The notes: generated by a model from the sequence alone, not told the origin. DNA of 64,000 nt from Candidatus Peribacteraceae bacterium (GCA_041661065.1 JBAZVD010000001.1:1089237-1153236); one strand, 5' to 3'; positions 53,980 through 63,100 are shown, numbered from the stretch's first letter. Numbers and translations: made by a program.

Positions 53980-54465
53980 TTATTTCCTGGCGCGCTTCCC
54001 CCGAATCTTCCGCGTCTTGCTCCCTCTCCCGCCGCGCGGGGGAGAGGAGACTTTGCGCAGCAAACTGCTCTTGTACGTCCGCGGCTTGAACGGCTTCGCG
54101 CGCTCCACGTCAATCCCCGCCTCCCGCAGATCCCGCTCCTCCACGCCGGGCGGAAGCCGCTGGTCGTACCCCAGGAGGATAAGGTCGGGCTTCACGGTGA
54201 GGACGGGCAAGAAGTAGTCATTCACCTCCCCAATGAGCACGTGCGCCTGCGGGAACTCCCGCTCCACCTCGCGCCGCCGTTGCGCCTGGGAACGCTCCGC
54301 AGGGCGCCCCTTGAAGCGTTGCACGTTGCCGTCCCGCGCCACCACAATGAAAAGCTCCCCCCGCCCGTACTTGGCCGTGGGTACGGCGCGTTTGACGGCT
54401 TGGGAGAGGAAATACCGGTGTCCCGGATGGAGGCCGTCGAAGGTGCCGAAGACGAGGACGCGCAT
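53980..54465 (-). CDS. Cytidylyltransferase-fold nucleotidyltransferase (RibL/PPAT-like) with basic tail
   Basis: MRVLVFGTFDGLHPGHRYFL carries the (T/H)xGH nucleotidyltransferase signature. ATG at 54465. Confidence 0.7.
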   Translation of the reverse strand: MRVLVFGTFDGLHPGHRYFLSQAVKRAVPTAKYGRGELFIVVARDGNVQRFKGRPAERSQAQRRREVEREFPQAHVLIGEVNDYFLPVLTVKPDLILLGYDQRLPPGVEERDLREAGIDVERAKPFKPRTYKSSLLRKVSSPPRGGRGSKTRKIRGKRARK

Positions 54466-54477
54466 GGGAGACCAATC

Positions 54478-54550
54478 CTGAATGCAAAATGAATAAATGC
54501 AAAATGAAAAAGAGACCATTTCGCATTTCCAATTTCCCATTTTGCATTCT
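54478..54550. repeat. Heptamer hairpin (AATGNNA family)
   Basis: Left arm CTGAATGCAAAATGAATAAATGCAAAATGAAAAAG; right arm CATTTCGCATTTCCAATTTCCCATTTTGCATTC. Confidence 0.9.
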
Positions 54551-54553
54551 TTT

Positions 54554-56566
54554 CTACCTCAACAGGTCGATGACATAGATTCTCTTCTCATCCAACACAT
54601 ACAGGTGCGCTTCGTCGGGATCCACGTACAGGTCCTGCAGCTTGCCCACCTGGTCCCCCTCCAGCACGTACTGCCGCAAGTAGGAGGATTCGCCGTTCGG
54701 CCCGCCGTCCGACGTGACGCTGATGCGGCGCTTCTCGGGATCCAGGAAGTAGAAGTTGCTGTCCGACATCTTCACGATCTTCGTGGCGGTCTTGAAGGTG
54801 CCGTCCGGCGCATGGGTGATGGCGAAGGGCTTGGCCTCCCCGCGCATCATCTTCACCACGGCGCCGCCCTCCTTGAGCACGTAGATGCTGCTGTCGATGG
54901 TCATGTCCAGCGCGCCCGTAAGGTCGCCGCTCACGTTGTACTGCACGGCCGCGCCATAGCGGTTGTTGAGCCGCTCGTACTTCATGATGTTGTTGTCCAC
55001 CCCCAGGATGTAGAGGTACCGCAGATACGTCTCCATGTCCTTCCCCGTCACCCAGCCGGAGAGGTCCTCCGTCTTCATGGAAACGGGCTGGCTGCCCTGG
55101 AGCTCCAGGATGGAATTGCCGGTGGTGAGGAACGCCTGCGCCTTGAACCGCGGGAACGACACGCCGTCGATGATGAGGCCGTCCTCCGTGAGGGTGCGTG
55201 GGTCATCCACGCCGTTGAGGAGGACGTGGTACCACTCCTCCCGGTCGAACACCACGAACTCCCCGTCCGCGATGCCGATCATCCCTTGGGCGGAGACGTC
55301 GGAGTTCTTGGCGGCCAGGTTGACGAGCACGCGCGGCGAGAGGCGCGTGATGTTATTGATCTCCTCCTTCTTGCTGCGGATGCGGTCGAGAAGGTCCAGC
55401 GCCTGCACGCGGAAGAGGCCGCTCTCGTTGTCCATCACCTGCTTCGCCCAGGCGTCGGCGCGCTGCAGGATGTCGTTGGCGGCGTCGGTATCGCCGGCGA
55501 TGCGCCGGTTGTCCGCGGTCTTGATCTCTTCGTTGATCCGATCCACGAGCGTGGAGAGTTCCGCGCGCGTCTTGCTCCGCTGGCTGGTGATGGAGAGCTT
55601 GACCACGAGGAAGATGACCAGGAAGGCGGCCAGCGCCCCCGCGAGCAACAGGAAGTGCGCGCGCCTCTTGCGTTGCGGATGCTTGAGGTCCGCCATGAAA
55701 TCGGATGCCTTCTCCCTCATGGTCTGGACGTGCGTGGAGGTCTTGCCCAGCTTCCCCAGCCCCGTGCGCGCCCACCGCGCCACCACGGGCGCCGCCAGCG
55801 CCCCCGCCCTCTTGAGGGAGGAGGAGACCTTGTGGAGCGAGGAGGGAACCGAGAGGGGGATCCTCCTCCCGGAACGGCGGCTGGGCAGCAGGCGGCCGCG
55901 GCCCGGCCCCGCGTACCCTTGCCGGGGCGGGATGACCTCCTTCGACTCCATCGGTGAACCGGATGCGACCAGCGCCAGCGCGGCCGGCTCCTCTTCCGCT
56001 TCCAGCCGCATGGCGATGTCCCGCAGCGCCCCCTCCCCCCGCTGGAACGTCATCTGCGCCAACTGCGCGGGAGTGAAGGCGCGCAGCAGCCGCTGCGTGG
56101 CGACCACCACCGTATCCTGCGCCTCCAGGGCACCGCTCGAAATGTGAACGAATGCGGAAAGAGGTTTGCCCCGCGTGTACTCCGTGATCTGTGTGGCGGC
56201 TCCGTGGCGCACCAAGTACGCCTCGCCGCGGCCGGCGTGGGAGACGTGCAGCGCCCCGTCCTTCTCCACCACCGCCACAATGGCATGCACCTCGTCCATG
56301 GTCCGCGCGAGCAGGAGCCCCTTCATGAGCCCGTTCAGTTCCTTCAGTGTCCCGTCGAGCCGGCTCCATGCATCCCCGTCGGTATCCAGCAGCGCATGGC
56401 GAATGACGTTCTCGCATTCGTCCGAGAACGCCTTGGCCTGCCGCTCTTCGGCATACACCTGCAGGAGGAGCAGCACGGTTTCTCCGCTCTTGCTCGTCAA
56501 CGAGCGCGAGAGCAGCGCCTGAGCGCCATCCGCTTGCGCGATGCCTGTCTGGACAGAGAGGTCCAT
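54554..56566 (-). CDS. Large hypothetical membrane protein (cytoplasmic N-domain, one TM, beta-rich C-domain)
   Basis: 670-aa ATG ORF. The N-domain is weakly PP2C/SpoIIE-like (..VSHAGRGEAYLVRHG..GALEAQDTVVVATQRL..). A TM segment FLLLAGALAAFLVIFLVV is followed by a repeat-like beta-rich C-terminus. Confidence 0.65.
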   Translation of the reverse strand: MDLSVQTGIAQADGAQALLSRSLTSKSGETVLLLLQVYAEERQAKAFSDECENVIRHALLDTDGDAWSRLDGTLKELNGLMKGLLLARTMDEVHAIVAVVEKDGALHVSHAGRGEAYLVRHGAATQITEYTRGKPLSAFVHISSGALEAQDTVVVATQRLLRAFTPAQLAQMTFQRGEGALRDIAMRLEAEEEPAALALVASGSPMESKEVIPPRQGYAGPGRGRLLPSRRSGRRIPLSVPSSLHKVSSSLKRAGALAAPVVARWARTGLGKLGKTSTHVQTMREKASDFMADLKHPQRKRRAHFLLLAGALAAFLVIFLVVKLSITSQRSKTRAELSTLVDRINEEIKTADNRRIAGDTDAANDILQRADAWAKQVMDNESGLFRVQALDLLDRIRSKKEEINNITRLSPRVLVNLAAKNSDVSAQGMIGIADGEFVVFDREEWYHVLLNGVDDPRTLTEDGLIIDGVSFPRFKAQAFLTTGNSILELQGSQPVSMKTEDLSGWVTGKDMETYLRYLYILGVDNNIMKYERLNNRYGAAVQYNVSGDLTGALDMTIDSSIYVLKEGGAVVKMMRGEAKPFAITHAPDGTFKTATKIVKMSDSNFYFLDPEKRRISVTSDGGPNGESSYLRQYVLEGDQVGKLQDLYVDPDEAHLYVLDEKRIYVIDLLR

Positions 56567-56636
56567 CAGGGGGTTAGGCTACCTTAGGGAGGATTTTCAC
56601 TGCAAGGAGAGTTTTCTCCTGTGCGTCCTGGAACCA

Positions 56637-56720
56637 CGTATTACGTATTGCGTAGTGCGTAGTACGTTGGCGCAAGAAGAACGAAGATACGCAATACGCC
56701 ATACATAATACGTAATACTC
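56637..56720. repeat. Heptamer hairpin (CGTANNN / ATACGNN family) upstream of RNase J
   Basis: Left arm CGTATTACGTATTGCGTAGTGCGTAGTACG; right arm GATACGCAATACGCCATACATAATACGTAATAC. Confidence 0.9.
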
Positions 56721-56886
56721 TACTAATAATTTGTTTATCTGAAGCCAAAATCTATTAGGTATAACATGCTGACTCTTGCTTTATGGGCCTCCAGGGAGTA
56801 CACTGTGTGCAGTTCGATACTTTTAACCCCTGCCATGAGCCGACCGAACAGAGTGAACTCTGGTCCATGGCCTACCAGACACGACA

Positions 56887-58830
56887 ATGAACGAAATGCA
56901 TGAAACGACGCAACCCGCGCCTCAGGCGCAGGGCGCTCTTCCTACAGGTCCCGCCGGAGGCTCCGAGCCTCGCCGAGGGGCCGCGCCCCCTCCCGGCGCT
57001 CCGCAAAAACAGGGAGGATTCACCCCTCCCGCTCAACAGAAATCCGGCCGGGGACGGCACCATCGGCGCTTCCGGGACGGAAGGACACCCCGCCCCGCCC
57101 TCCAGGGGAACGGTCAGCTCCCCAGAACCCAACCGCAACAGCCACAACGGTTCGATACTCGACAAGTCCCCCTCCGCGTGTACCCCCTCGGGGGATTCGA
57201 GCAGGTGGGACGCAACTGCTTCGTCATAGAGGTGGATGGCGACATCTACCTCATCGACCTCGGCCTGCAGTTCCCCGACGAGGACATGTTGGGCATCGAT
57301 TACCTGATCCCGGACATCTCTTCCCTCAAGGGAAGGGAGAACCGCATCAAGGGCGTGCTCTTCACCCACGGGCACCTGGACCACATCGGCGCGGTGCAGC
57401 ACCTGCTCCCCGCTCTCCACTATCCGCCGCTCTACGGCACGCGCCTCACCATGGCGTTCGTGAAGAAGCGCCTGGACGAGGAGAAGATGACATCCAAGGC
57501 GCGTATGAACGTGGTGAAGTTCCGCGAGAAGATCCGCCTGGGCAAGGTGGAAGTGGAATTCCTCCGCGTGACGCACTCCATACCGGACGCGGCGGCCATC
57601 GCCGTCCACACCCCCTACGGCACCATCATCCACACGGGCGACTTCAAGTTCGACCTTACGCCCATGAATGAGCCTCCCGCCGACTTCCCGCGCCTCGCGG
57701 AGATCGGCGACAAGGGCGTTCTCGCCATCATCGCGGACTCCACCAACGCCAACAAGCCCGGCAACTCCAAGAGCGAACGCGAGATTTCGGAAACGCTCCA
57801 CGGCCTCATCCGCGACGCCAAGGGGCGCCTGATCATCTCCACCTTCAGCTCGCTCATCAACCGCATGCAGCAGATCATCGAGCACGCGCGCAGCTACAAC
57901 CGCAAGATTTTCATCTCCGGACGGAGCATGGAGACCAACCTGGAGATCGCCCAGCAACTGGGCTACCTCCGCGTCCCGCGGGGGCTCATCCGCAAGGTGA
58001 ACCCCGCCATGGACAGGCTTCCCGATAAGGAAGTGTTGATCCTCACCACGGGAAGCCAGGGTGAAGAGATGGCGGGCCTCGCCCGCATCGGCCTGGGCAC
58101 CCACCGCCACATCAGCGTGAAGAAGGGCGACACCGTCATCCTCAGCTCCAACCCCATCATCGGCAACGAGCGGGCCGTGGCCAAGGTGGTGAACAACCTG
58201 CACATGCAGGGCGCCGTGGTAAAGACCAGCCAGGAACTTGCAATCCACACCACGGGACACGGCTATGCCAACGACCTCCTGCTCATGCACCGCCTGGTGC
58301 GTGCGCGCCACGTGATTCCCGAACACGGCGAACCGCACATGCGCGCCGCGCATGCGGACCTGGTGCGGCAGATCGGCTACCCCGAGAACCAAATCCACCA
58401 GCTCGCCAACGGCGAGATCATCGAGTTCGACGCCAAGGGTGACGCGCGCAAGAGCAAGAGCAAGCTCACGTTCCACGACGTGATCATCGACGGGCGCGGC
58501 AGCGCGGGCGAAGGCCAGCGCGTGCTGGACGACCGCAAGGTGATGAGCGAGAACGGCGTGATCATCATCCTGTTCCGCGTCTACAACGAGAGTAAGCGGC
58601 TCGTGGGCGACCCGGACATCGTCTCTCGCGGGCTGATCTACGGCTCCGAGCAGCAGGAGATCACGCGCGATCTGATCCAAGCCTCCCGCAAGGCCTACGA
58701 GGATGAACTGAACCGCGGCGAGAAGGACCGCAAGGCCCTCAAGCGCGCGGTGACGGGTGCCCTCTACCGGTACTTTGACCGGAAGCTGGACAGAGAGCCG
58801 ATGGTTATTCCTCTCATGGTTGAGGTCTGA
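56887..58830 (+). CDS. rnj: Ribonuclease J with P/G/Q-rich N-terminal extension
   Basis: Metallo-beta-lactamase/beta-CASP blocks: VYPLGGFEQVGRNCFVIEVDGDIYLIDLG, FTHGHLDHIGA, DSTNA and HTTGHG. Confidence 0.93.
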   Translation: MNEMHETTQPAPQAQGALPTGPAGGSEPRRGAAPPPGAPQKQGGFTPPAQQKSGRGRHHRRFRDGRTPRPALQGNGQLPRTQPQQPQRFDTRQVPLRVYPLGGFEQVGRNCFVIEVDGDIYLIDLGLQFPDEDMLGIDYLIPDISSLKGRENRIKGVLFTHGHLDHIGAVQHLLPALHYPPLYGTRLTMAFVKKRLDEEKMTSKARMNVVKFREKIRLGKVEVEFLRVTHSIPDAAAIAVHTPYGTIIHTGDFKFDLTPMNEPPADFPRLAEIGDKGVLAIIADSTNANKPGNSKSEREISETLHGLIRDAKGRLIISTFSSLINRMQQIIEHARSYNRKIFISGRSMETNLEIAQQLGYLRVPRGLIRKVNPAMDRLPDKEVLILTTGSQGEEMAGLARIGLGTHRHISVKKGDTVILSSNPIIGNERAVAKVVNNLHMQGAVVKTSQELAIHTTGHGYANDLLLMHRLVRARHVIPEHGEPHMRAAHADLVRQIGYPENQIHQLANGEIIEFDAKGDARKSKSKLTFHDVIIDGRGSAGEGQRVLDDRKVMSENGVIIILFRVYNESKRLVGDPDIVSRGLIYGSEQQEITRDLIQASRKAYEDELNRGEKDRKALKRAVTGALYRYFDRKLDREPMVIPLMVEV

Positions 58831-58836
58831 TTCACC

Positions 58837-58903
58837 ATACGTAATACGAAATACGTGATACGGTATACGTGTCCGTATTTTGTATTACGTATTACGTATT
58901 TCG
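58837..58903. repeat. Heptamer hairpin (ATACGNN / CGTATNN family) downstream of RNase J
   Basis: Left arm CATACGTAATACGAAATACGTGATACGGTATACG; right arm CGTATTTTGTATTACGTATTACGTATTTCG. Confidence 0.9.
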
Positions 58904-58909
58904 CATCAC

Positions 58910-59548
58910 ATGAAATATTCCGCCATCCTCTTCGATCTCGACGGCACGCTCGTCCATTCCATCGACCTCTACGCCAGCGCCATGCGGGAGACGTTCGCGG
59001 AGGCCGGCGTGGATCTTTCGGAGGCGCAGTTCCGGAGCTCCTATGGGTCGGGATTGAAGTTGAAGGACTGGCTGGTGACGTACGGGCTCCCCGAAGCGTC
59101 CGTGGACACCATACGCACGGCGCGCGACAAGCGCTACGTGAAGCTGCTACGGGAACAGGCGGAGTGGATCCGGGGCGCGGAGGACCTCCTCACCGCGCTC
59201 AAGGGGGCACATCCGCTCGGGCTCATCACCGGCTCGTGGATGAGCTACGTGGACGCCATCGATGAGCGGCTTTCCGTGAAGCCCTACTTCCGGCACATCG
59301 TCACCGCGGAACACGTGGGCGACTTCCCCAAGCCCCATCCCCACGGCCTCCTCCTCGCGGCGGACCGCCTGGGCGTGGAACCGGAGCGGTGCCTGTACGT
59401 GGGGGACCAGCTCTTCGACGTGGATGCAGCCAAGGCGGCCGGCATGGCGAGCTGCTGCATCCGCGGCGCCTACACGCCCTCCGAGGCGCTCGAACGGGCG
59501 GATGTGGTGGTGGAGAATCTTGGCGACGTTTGGAAGGTGATCGGGTGA
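58910..59548 (+). CDS. HAD-IA family phosphatase (phosphoglycolate phosphatase-like)
   Basis: MKYSAILFDLDGTLVHS (DxDGT motif I), LGLITGS (motif II) and YVGDQLFDVDAAKAAG (motifs III/IV). ATG at 58910. Confidence 0.85.
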   Translation: MKYSAILFDLDGTLVHSIDLYASAMRETFAEAGVDLSEAQFRSSYGSGLKLKDWLVTYGLPEASVDTIRTARDKRYVKLLREQAEWIRGAEDLLTALKGAHPLGLITGSWMSYVDAIDERLSVKPYFRHIVTAEHVGDFPKPHPHGLLLAADRLGVEPERCLYVGDQLFDVDAAKAAGMASCCIRGAYTPSEALERADVVVENLGDVWKVIG

Positions 59549-59620
59549 TGCAAATACTTCCCCGGCAAAATATCTTCCTCTTCTTGGAGCCCGGAAAGCG
59601 GCGACGGGTACAATGAGCCG

Positions 59621-59857
59621 ATGTGGGACATCATCGCTCAAATCTCCATCTCGATTTTCGGCGCCATCTCCGTGTTCCTCGTCGCACGCAATAACCGCTG
59701 GGGATGGGTCATGGGGCTGGCCATGCAGCCGTTCTGGCTGATCACCTCCTACCAGCATGAGCAGTGGGGCGTATTCTTCGTGAGCTTCCTGTACCTGGGA
59801 ACCTGGGCATACGGAACGTACCGGTGGTTCTTCCTGAAGAAGGAGCCCTCACGCTAG
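59621..59857 (+). CDS. Small 3-TM membrane protein (possible half-size PnuC-like unit)
   Basis: The 78-aa sequence contains ..LVARNNRWGWVMGLAMQPFW..FLYLGTWAYGTYRWF. The pattern is R/K-x3-W-x-W ... G-x3-W. Confidence 0.55.
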   Translation: MWDIIAQISISIFGAISVFLVARNNRWGWVMGLAMQPFWLITSYQHEQWGVFFVSFLYLGTWAYGTYRWFFLKKEPSR

Positions 59858-60111
59858 CGGTATGCATCCCTCCGATGACCGACACGCAGGACGGTGACGG
59901 TCACGATCTCCTTCTCAACCGTATAGATGATGCGGTACGGCCAGACACGCAGGGACCACTTCCCTTCCCATTCGCCCTGGAGCTTCTTCCCCTGGAAGGG
60001 ATCCGTCCCCAGAGAGCCCATCGCCGCCACCACGCGCTCCCGGTCCTTGGCAGGGAGGGATTGTAACTCCTTCCGCGCGCGCCGGGTCATGAATACCCGA
60101 TACATCTTCAT
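59854..60111 (-). CDS. RelE/ParE-family toxin
   Basis: The 85-aa sequence contains ..ARKELQSLPAKDRERVVAAMGSL..LQGEWEGKWSLRVWPYRIIYTVEKEIVTVTVLRVGHRRDAY. 4-nt overlap with the upstream antitoxin. Confidence 0.85.
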   Translation of the reverse strand: MKMYRVFMTRRARKELQSLPAKDRERVVAAMGSLGTDPFQGKKLQGEWEGKWSLRVWPYRIIYTVEKEIVTVTVLRVGHRRDAYR

Positions 60112-60377
60112 AGGCCGAGCTGTTTGTGGACTTCCTCCAGGCTAACCACCTCGCCCCTCTCCTTCTCCCTCATCCCCTCTTGAATGGCGGCAACCTCTTC
60201 GGGATCAGACATGATGTCCAAGGTTTCCATCCACCCCTCAAATTCATCTTCACTCATCAGGACATATCCCTTATCACCCTCGTGGATAATTTTGACGTAC
60301 ACGCCGGGGGTCTTTGCCATCTTGAGGAGGGCAAAGAAATTCTTCCGCGCATCCGTTGCTGTGAAGGTTTTATTCAT
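60108..60377 (-). CDS. Phd/YefM-family antitoxin
   Basis: MNKTFTATDARKNFFALLKMA...GYVLMSEDEFEGWMETLDIMSDPE. Confidence 0.85.
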   Translation of the reverse strand: MNKTFTATDARKNFFALLKMAKTPGVYVKIIHEGDKGYVLMSEDEFEGWMETLDIMSDPEEVAAIQEGMREKERGEVVSLEEVHKQLGL

Positions 60378-60513
60378 ATGTACATGATAGCGTACATATC
60401 ACGATGCTGCAAGAGGATTGCCTGGAACCGCGCACAACTCACGTACCAAGCGGGGGTTCCACCGTTGCCGCAACGGCAGAATGCGCTAGAGTTGTGCCAC
60501 CGGAGTACATCGT

Positions 60514-60732
60514 ATGAATGAACGCATACCCAACATGGAGCATGGCCACACCGAAGAGGCGGCGCCGGATCGGAAGCTGCCTCAGGATTATTCAACGCCC
60601 GAGCAGAAGATCCAGGCCAGGAGACGATTAATTGAGTGGGTTCTGGATCGATCCAGAGCTGGCGAGATTAGCCTCGAGCAAAGGAGCGAGATACTTGCTA
60701 ACATTTGGCCGGTTGATTTAGATCAGCCTTAG
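60514..60732 (+). CDS. Hypothetical protein (72 aa)
   Basis: ATG ORF with no recognisable motif. Confidence 0.35.
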   Translation: MNERIPNMEHGHTEEAAPDRKLPQDYSTPEQKIQARRRLIEWVLDRSRAGEISLEQRSEILANIWPVDLDQP

Positions 60733-60790
60733 CCTCAGCCGGAAGAACGAGCGAACCCCTCCCGGTGATGGAAGGTGGCGGCTCGCGCAT

Positions 60791-61141
60791 TCACTCCTGC
60801 GCGCGCCCGATGGCATCCAACTCCTCCAGCATCCGCCGCACGTACTCGCGCTCCCTCATGCGGCAGGGAAGGTTGTCCCATGCAACACCCAATGCCTCGT
60901 ACGTATTGAACGCGAACTCTCTTCGCAATCTCCTGGCTTTGGGACCTTTGCGTCCTTCGAGCTTCAACAAGCAATTCTTGCAGGCAATACAGAGCTGGCG
61001 GGCAATCACGGCTATGCGCTGCATGCTGGCTTCCCGCAGGCAGTCTTTATCGTCTTCCGTCCTTCGCTCCGCCAACGTCTTGAGTTGGGCGAGGCGCACG
61101 CGGTAGGAAAGAAGGGATTTGCTCATGGAAGGGAACGGCAT
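60791..61141 (-). CDS. Hypothetical protein (116 aa)
   Basis: ATG at 61141 (MPFPSMSKSLLSYRVRLAQLK...), downstream of pyrC on the same strand. The ORF part upstream of it overlaps pyrC. Confidence 0.45.
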   Translation of the reverse strand: MPFPSMSKSLLSYRVRLAQLKTLAERRTEDDKDCLREASMQRIAVIARQLCIACKNCLLKLEGRKGPKARRLRREFAFNTYEALGVAWDNLPCRMREREYVRRMLEELDAIGRAQE

Positions 61142-61179
61142 AGTACCCCCTTGTATTCGTCCTTCAAGGGAATTTTCTC

Positions 61180-62340
61180 CTACCCCATCACCTTCCCCCT
61201 CACCTTCCACCCTTCGTACGGGGTCCACCCGCACTTCGAGTGCAACTCCTTGCCGCGGATCACCCACTCTTCGTCGGTGTTGATGGTGAGGGCGGACGCG
61301 TCGCTCTTCCCAAGGGAAAGGATCCGATTGGGATTCTCAAAGCAGAGGCGGCGAATGTCATCCAACGAGAGGTTGTAGGGGGTAGGTTGTAGGTTGTAGC
61401 CCGGCCAGTTTCCTGCCGCAACAGTGAGCAAGAGAGGCAGCATGGTCTCCACGCCGGGGACGCCGCTGGGCGCTTGGAGCGGATCGGGGTTCTTCTTCTC
61501 CTCGAGCGTGTGCGGCGCATGGTCCGTGGCGATGCAATCGACCGTACCGTCGGCGATCCCCTCCCACAGCGCCGCTTGGTCTTCCGCCGTGCGCAGCGGC
61601 GGGTTCATCTTCCCCAGTGTGCCGAGGGAAGGATAATCATCGGCGGTGAGGAAGAGATGGTGGGGCGCAACATCGCACGTAACACGCACCTTCTCTTCCT
61701 TCGCTTCGCGGATGAGCGCGAGGGCCGCCGCGGTGGAGACATGCGTGGGGTGCACGTGCGCGCCCGTCTTGCGGGAGAGAGCGAGAAGGAACCGGACGGC
61801 GGCTTCCTCGCTCTCGGGCGGACGCATCATGGAGTGCGCTTCCACGCCTTCTTCCCCCACGCACGCCTTTGCAGCCGCAGCATTGATCTCCGCATCTTCG
61901 CAGTGGCACACCGCCACCATCCCCTGTTCCGCGCAGTACGTGAGGACCTCCTCTGCGAGCGCGGGATCGATCTTCTGGTTCCCCGTGGAGTGGTCCAGGA
62001 ACAGTTTGACGCCGCAGCAACGCATACGCAGACGCATGAGCGCGGGATCGGTGCAGAGCTTCCACAGTTCCTCCAGGTGTTCCTTCGCCGTGACGCCGAA
62101 GTAGAAACGGATGTCCACGTCCTTGATCCGCGCGGCACGCTCCGCCTTCTCCTCCAGCGCCGCGACGGTGACGGTGGGAGGAACGGCATTGGGCATGTCG
62201 CAGACGGTGGTGATGCCCCCCGCGAGCGCCGCACGCGTTTCCGTCTCCATATCCCCCTTGTGCGTGAGCCCCGGCTCCCGCAGATGGACGTGCATGTCGA
62301 TCAAGCCCGGCAGTACGGCTGTGTTCATCTCGGGGATCAT
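61180..62340 (-). CDS. pyrC: Dihydroorotase
   Basis: LIDMHVHLREPG (HxH metal site), ALAGGITTVCDMPN and ATDHAPHTLEEK. Confidence 0.92.
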   Translation of the reverse strand: MIPEMNTAVLPGLIDMHVHLREPGLTHKGDMETETRAALAGGITTVCDMPNAVPPTVTVAALEEKAERAARIKDVDIRFYFGVTAKEHLEELWKLCTDPALMRLRMRCCGVKLFLDHSTGNQKIDPALAEEVLTYCAEQGMVAVCHCEDAEINAAAAKACVGEEGVEAHSMMRPPESEEAAVRFLLALSRKTGAHVHPTHVSTAAALALIREAKEEKVRVTCDVAPHHLFLTADDYPSLGTLGKMNPPLRTAEDQAALWEGIADGTVDCIATDHAPHTLEEKKNPDPLQAPSGVPGVETMLPLLLTVAAGNWPGYNLQPTPYNLSLDDIRRLCFENPNRILSLGKSDASALTINTDEEWVIRGKELHSKCGWTPYEGWKVRGKVMG

Positions 62341-62344
62341 ATCG

Positions 62345-62375
62345 CAGATTCGTTTCTTCGTTTATTCGTTTATTG
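62345..62375. repeat. Solo heptamer arm (TTCGTTT family) just upstream of the pyrC ATG
   Basis: GATTCGTTTCTTCGTTTATTCGTTTATTGG is related to the arms at 50975-51076. Confidence 0.65.
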
Positions 62376-62494
62376 GTTCCGGTATGCTCCTGCCGTCTGA
62401 TGACGGAAAGGCAGGTATCCATTGAATAGGCTTTTCCGCTGCGTAGAGCGACAGAATTGACAGGGGAAGGGCGTAGCAGGATGATTTCGCCTGT

Positions 62495-63100
62495 ATGGTG
62501 CTCTGGCAGCCCAAGGGCGGCCAAGGACTTCCCGCAGCGCCCGCGGCGGGTGCGTTGGGAGCGGAAACAGGCTGGTACTTCAGCAAGCCTGAAACCGGCA
62601 TTTGCTCTGCACCCTCCCTGGCCGTCAAGCCGCCACTCGACCGGCTTCTCGCGACATTCCGTGACGCACTGGCATGCTTGGGGAAGAAACCGCTGGATGT
62701 CACGGTACAGTCGGTTCATGATCCCAGTTCCTATCCCAAGCTGTACCAGTGCTCCATCGATCCGCGTTACCTGGATTGGGTCCTCCGTGAACACGGAAGC
62801 TTTCTCACACACGACCCTAGCGCATCCGTCATGGTCATCAAGCCGAGCCCGTTCAGCACCGTTGAACTCGCGCTGAACAAACTCATCTACATCACGGGGG
62901 AAAAACTCCGGAAGTTCAAGAGTATCTGCGTACAACAAGGGCCCCGTCCAAGCCCAACCTTGCAGATCCTTTCCCACGTCAGATCATCCATCCATGCCAG
63001 CATGGAACATATGGGGCAATTCCGTCTCTTTATCGATAAGTTGGAAGCGGAGATCGTACAGCAAACGGAGGAAGAGGACCGCCCTTACGCCCCCTTCTGA
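62495..63100 (+). CDS. Hypothetical protein (201 aa), convergent with pyrB
   Basis: Third codon positions in this frame are strongly G/C-biased, unlike the competing minus-strand frame 61637..62977. Start uncertain. Confidence 0.45.
   Translation: MVLWQPKGGQGLPAAPAAGALGAETGWYFSKPETGICSAPSLAVKPPLDRLLATFRDALACLGKKPLDVTVQSVHDPSSYPKLYQCSIDPRYLDWVLREHGSFLTHDPSASVMVIKPSPFSTVELALNKLIYITGEKLRKFKSICVQQGPRPSPTLQILSHVRSSIHASMEHMGQFRLFIDKLEAEIVQQTEEEDRPYAPF

Noticed and set aside
61637-62977. A 446-aa minus-strand ORF overlapping pyrC and the pyrB-pyrC spacer.
   Set aside because: Most of it is an alternative frame of pyrC. In the spacer its third-position composition is mixed, whereas the plus-strand ORF 62495..63100 shows the genome-typical G/C bias.
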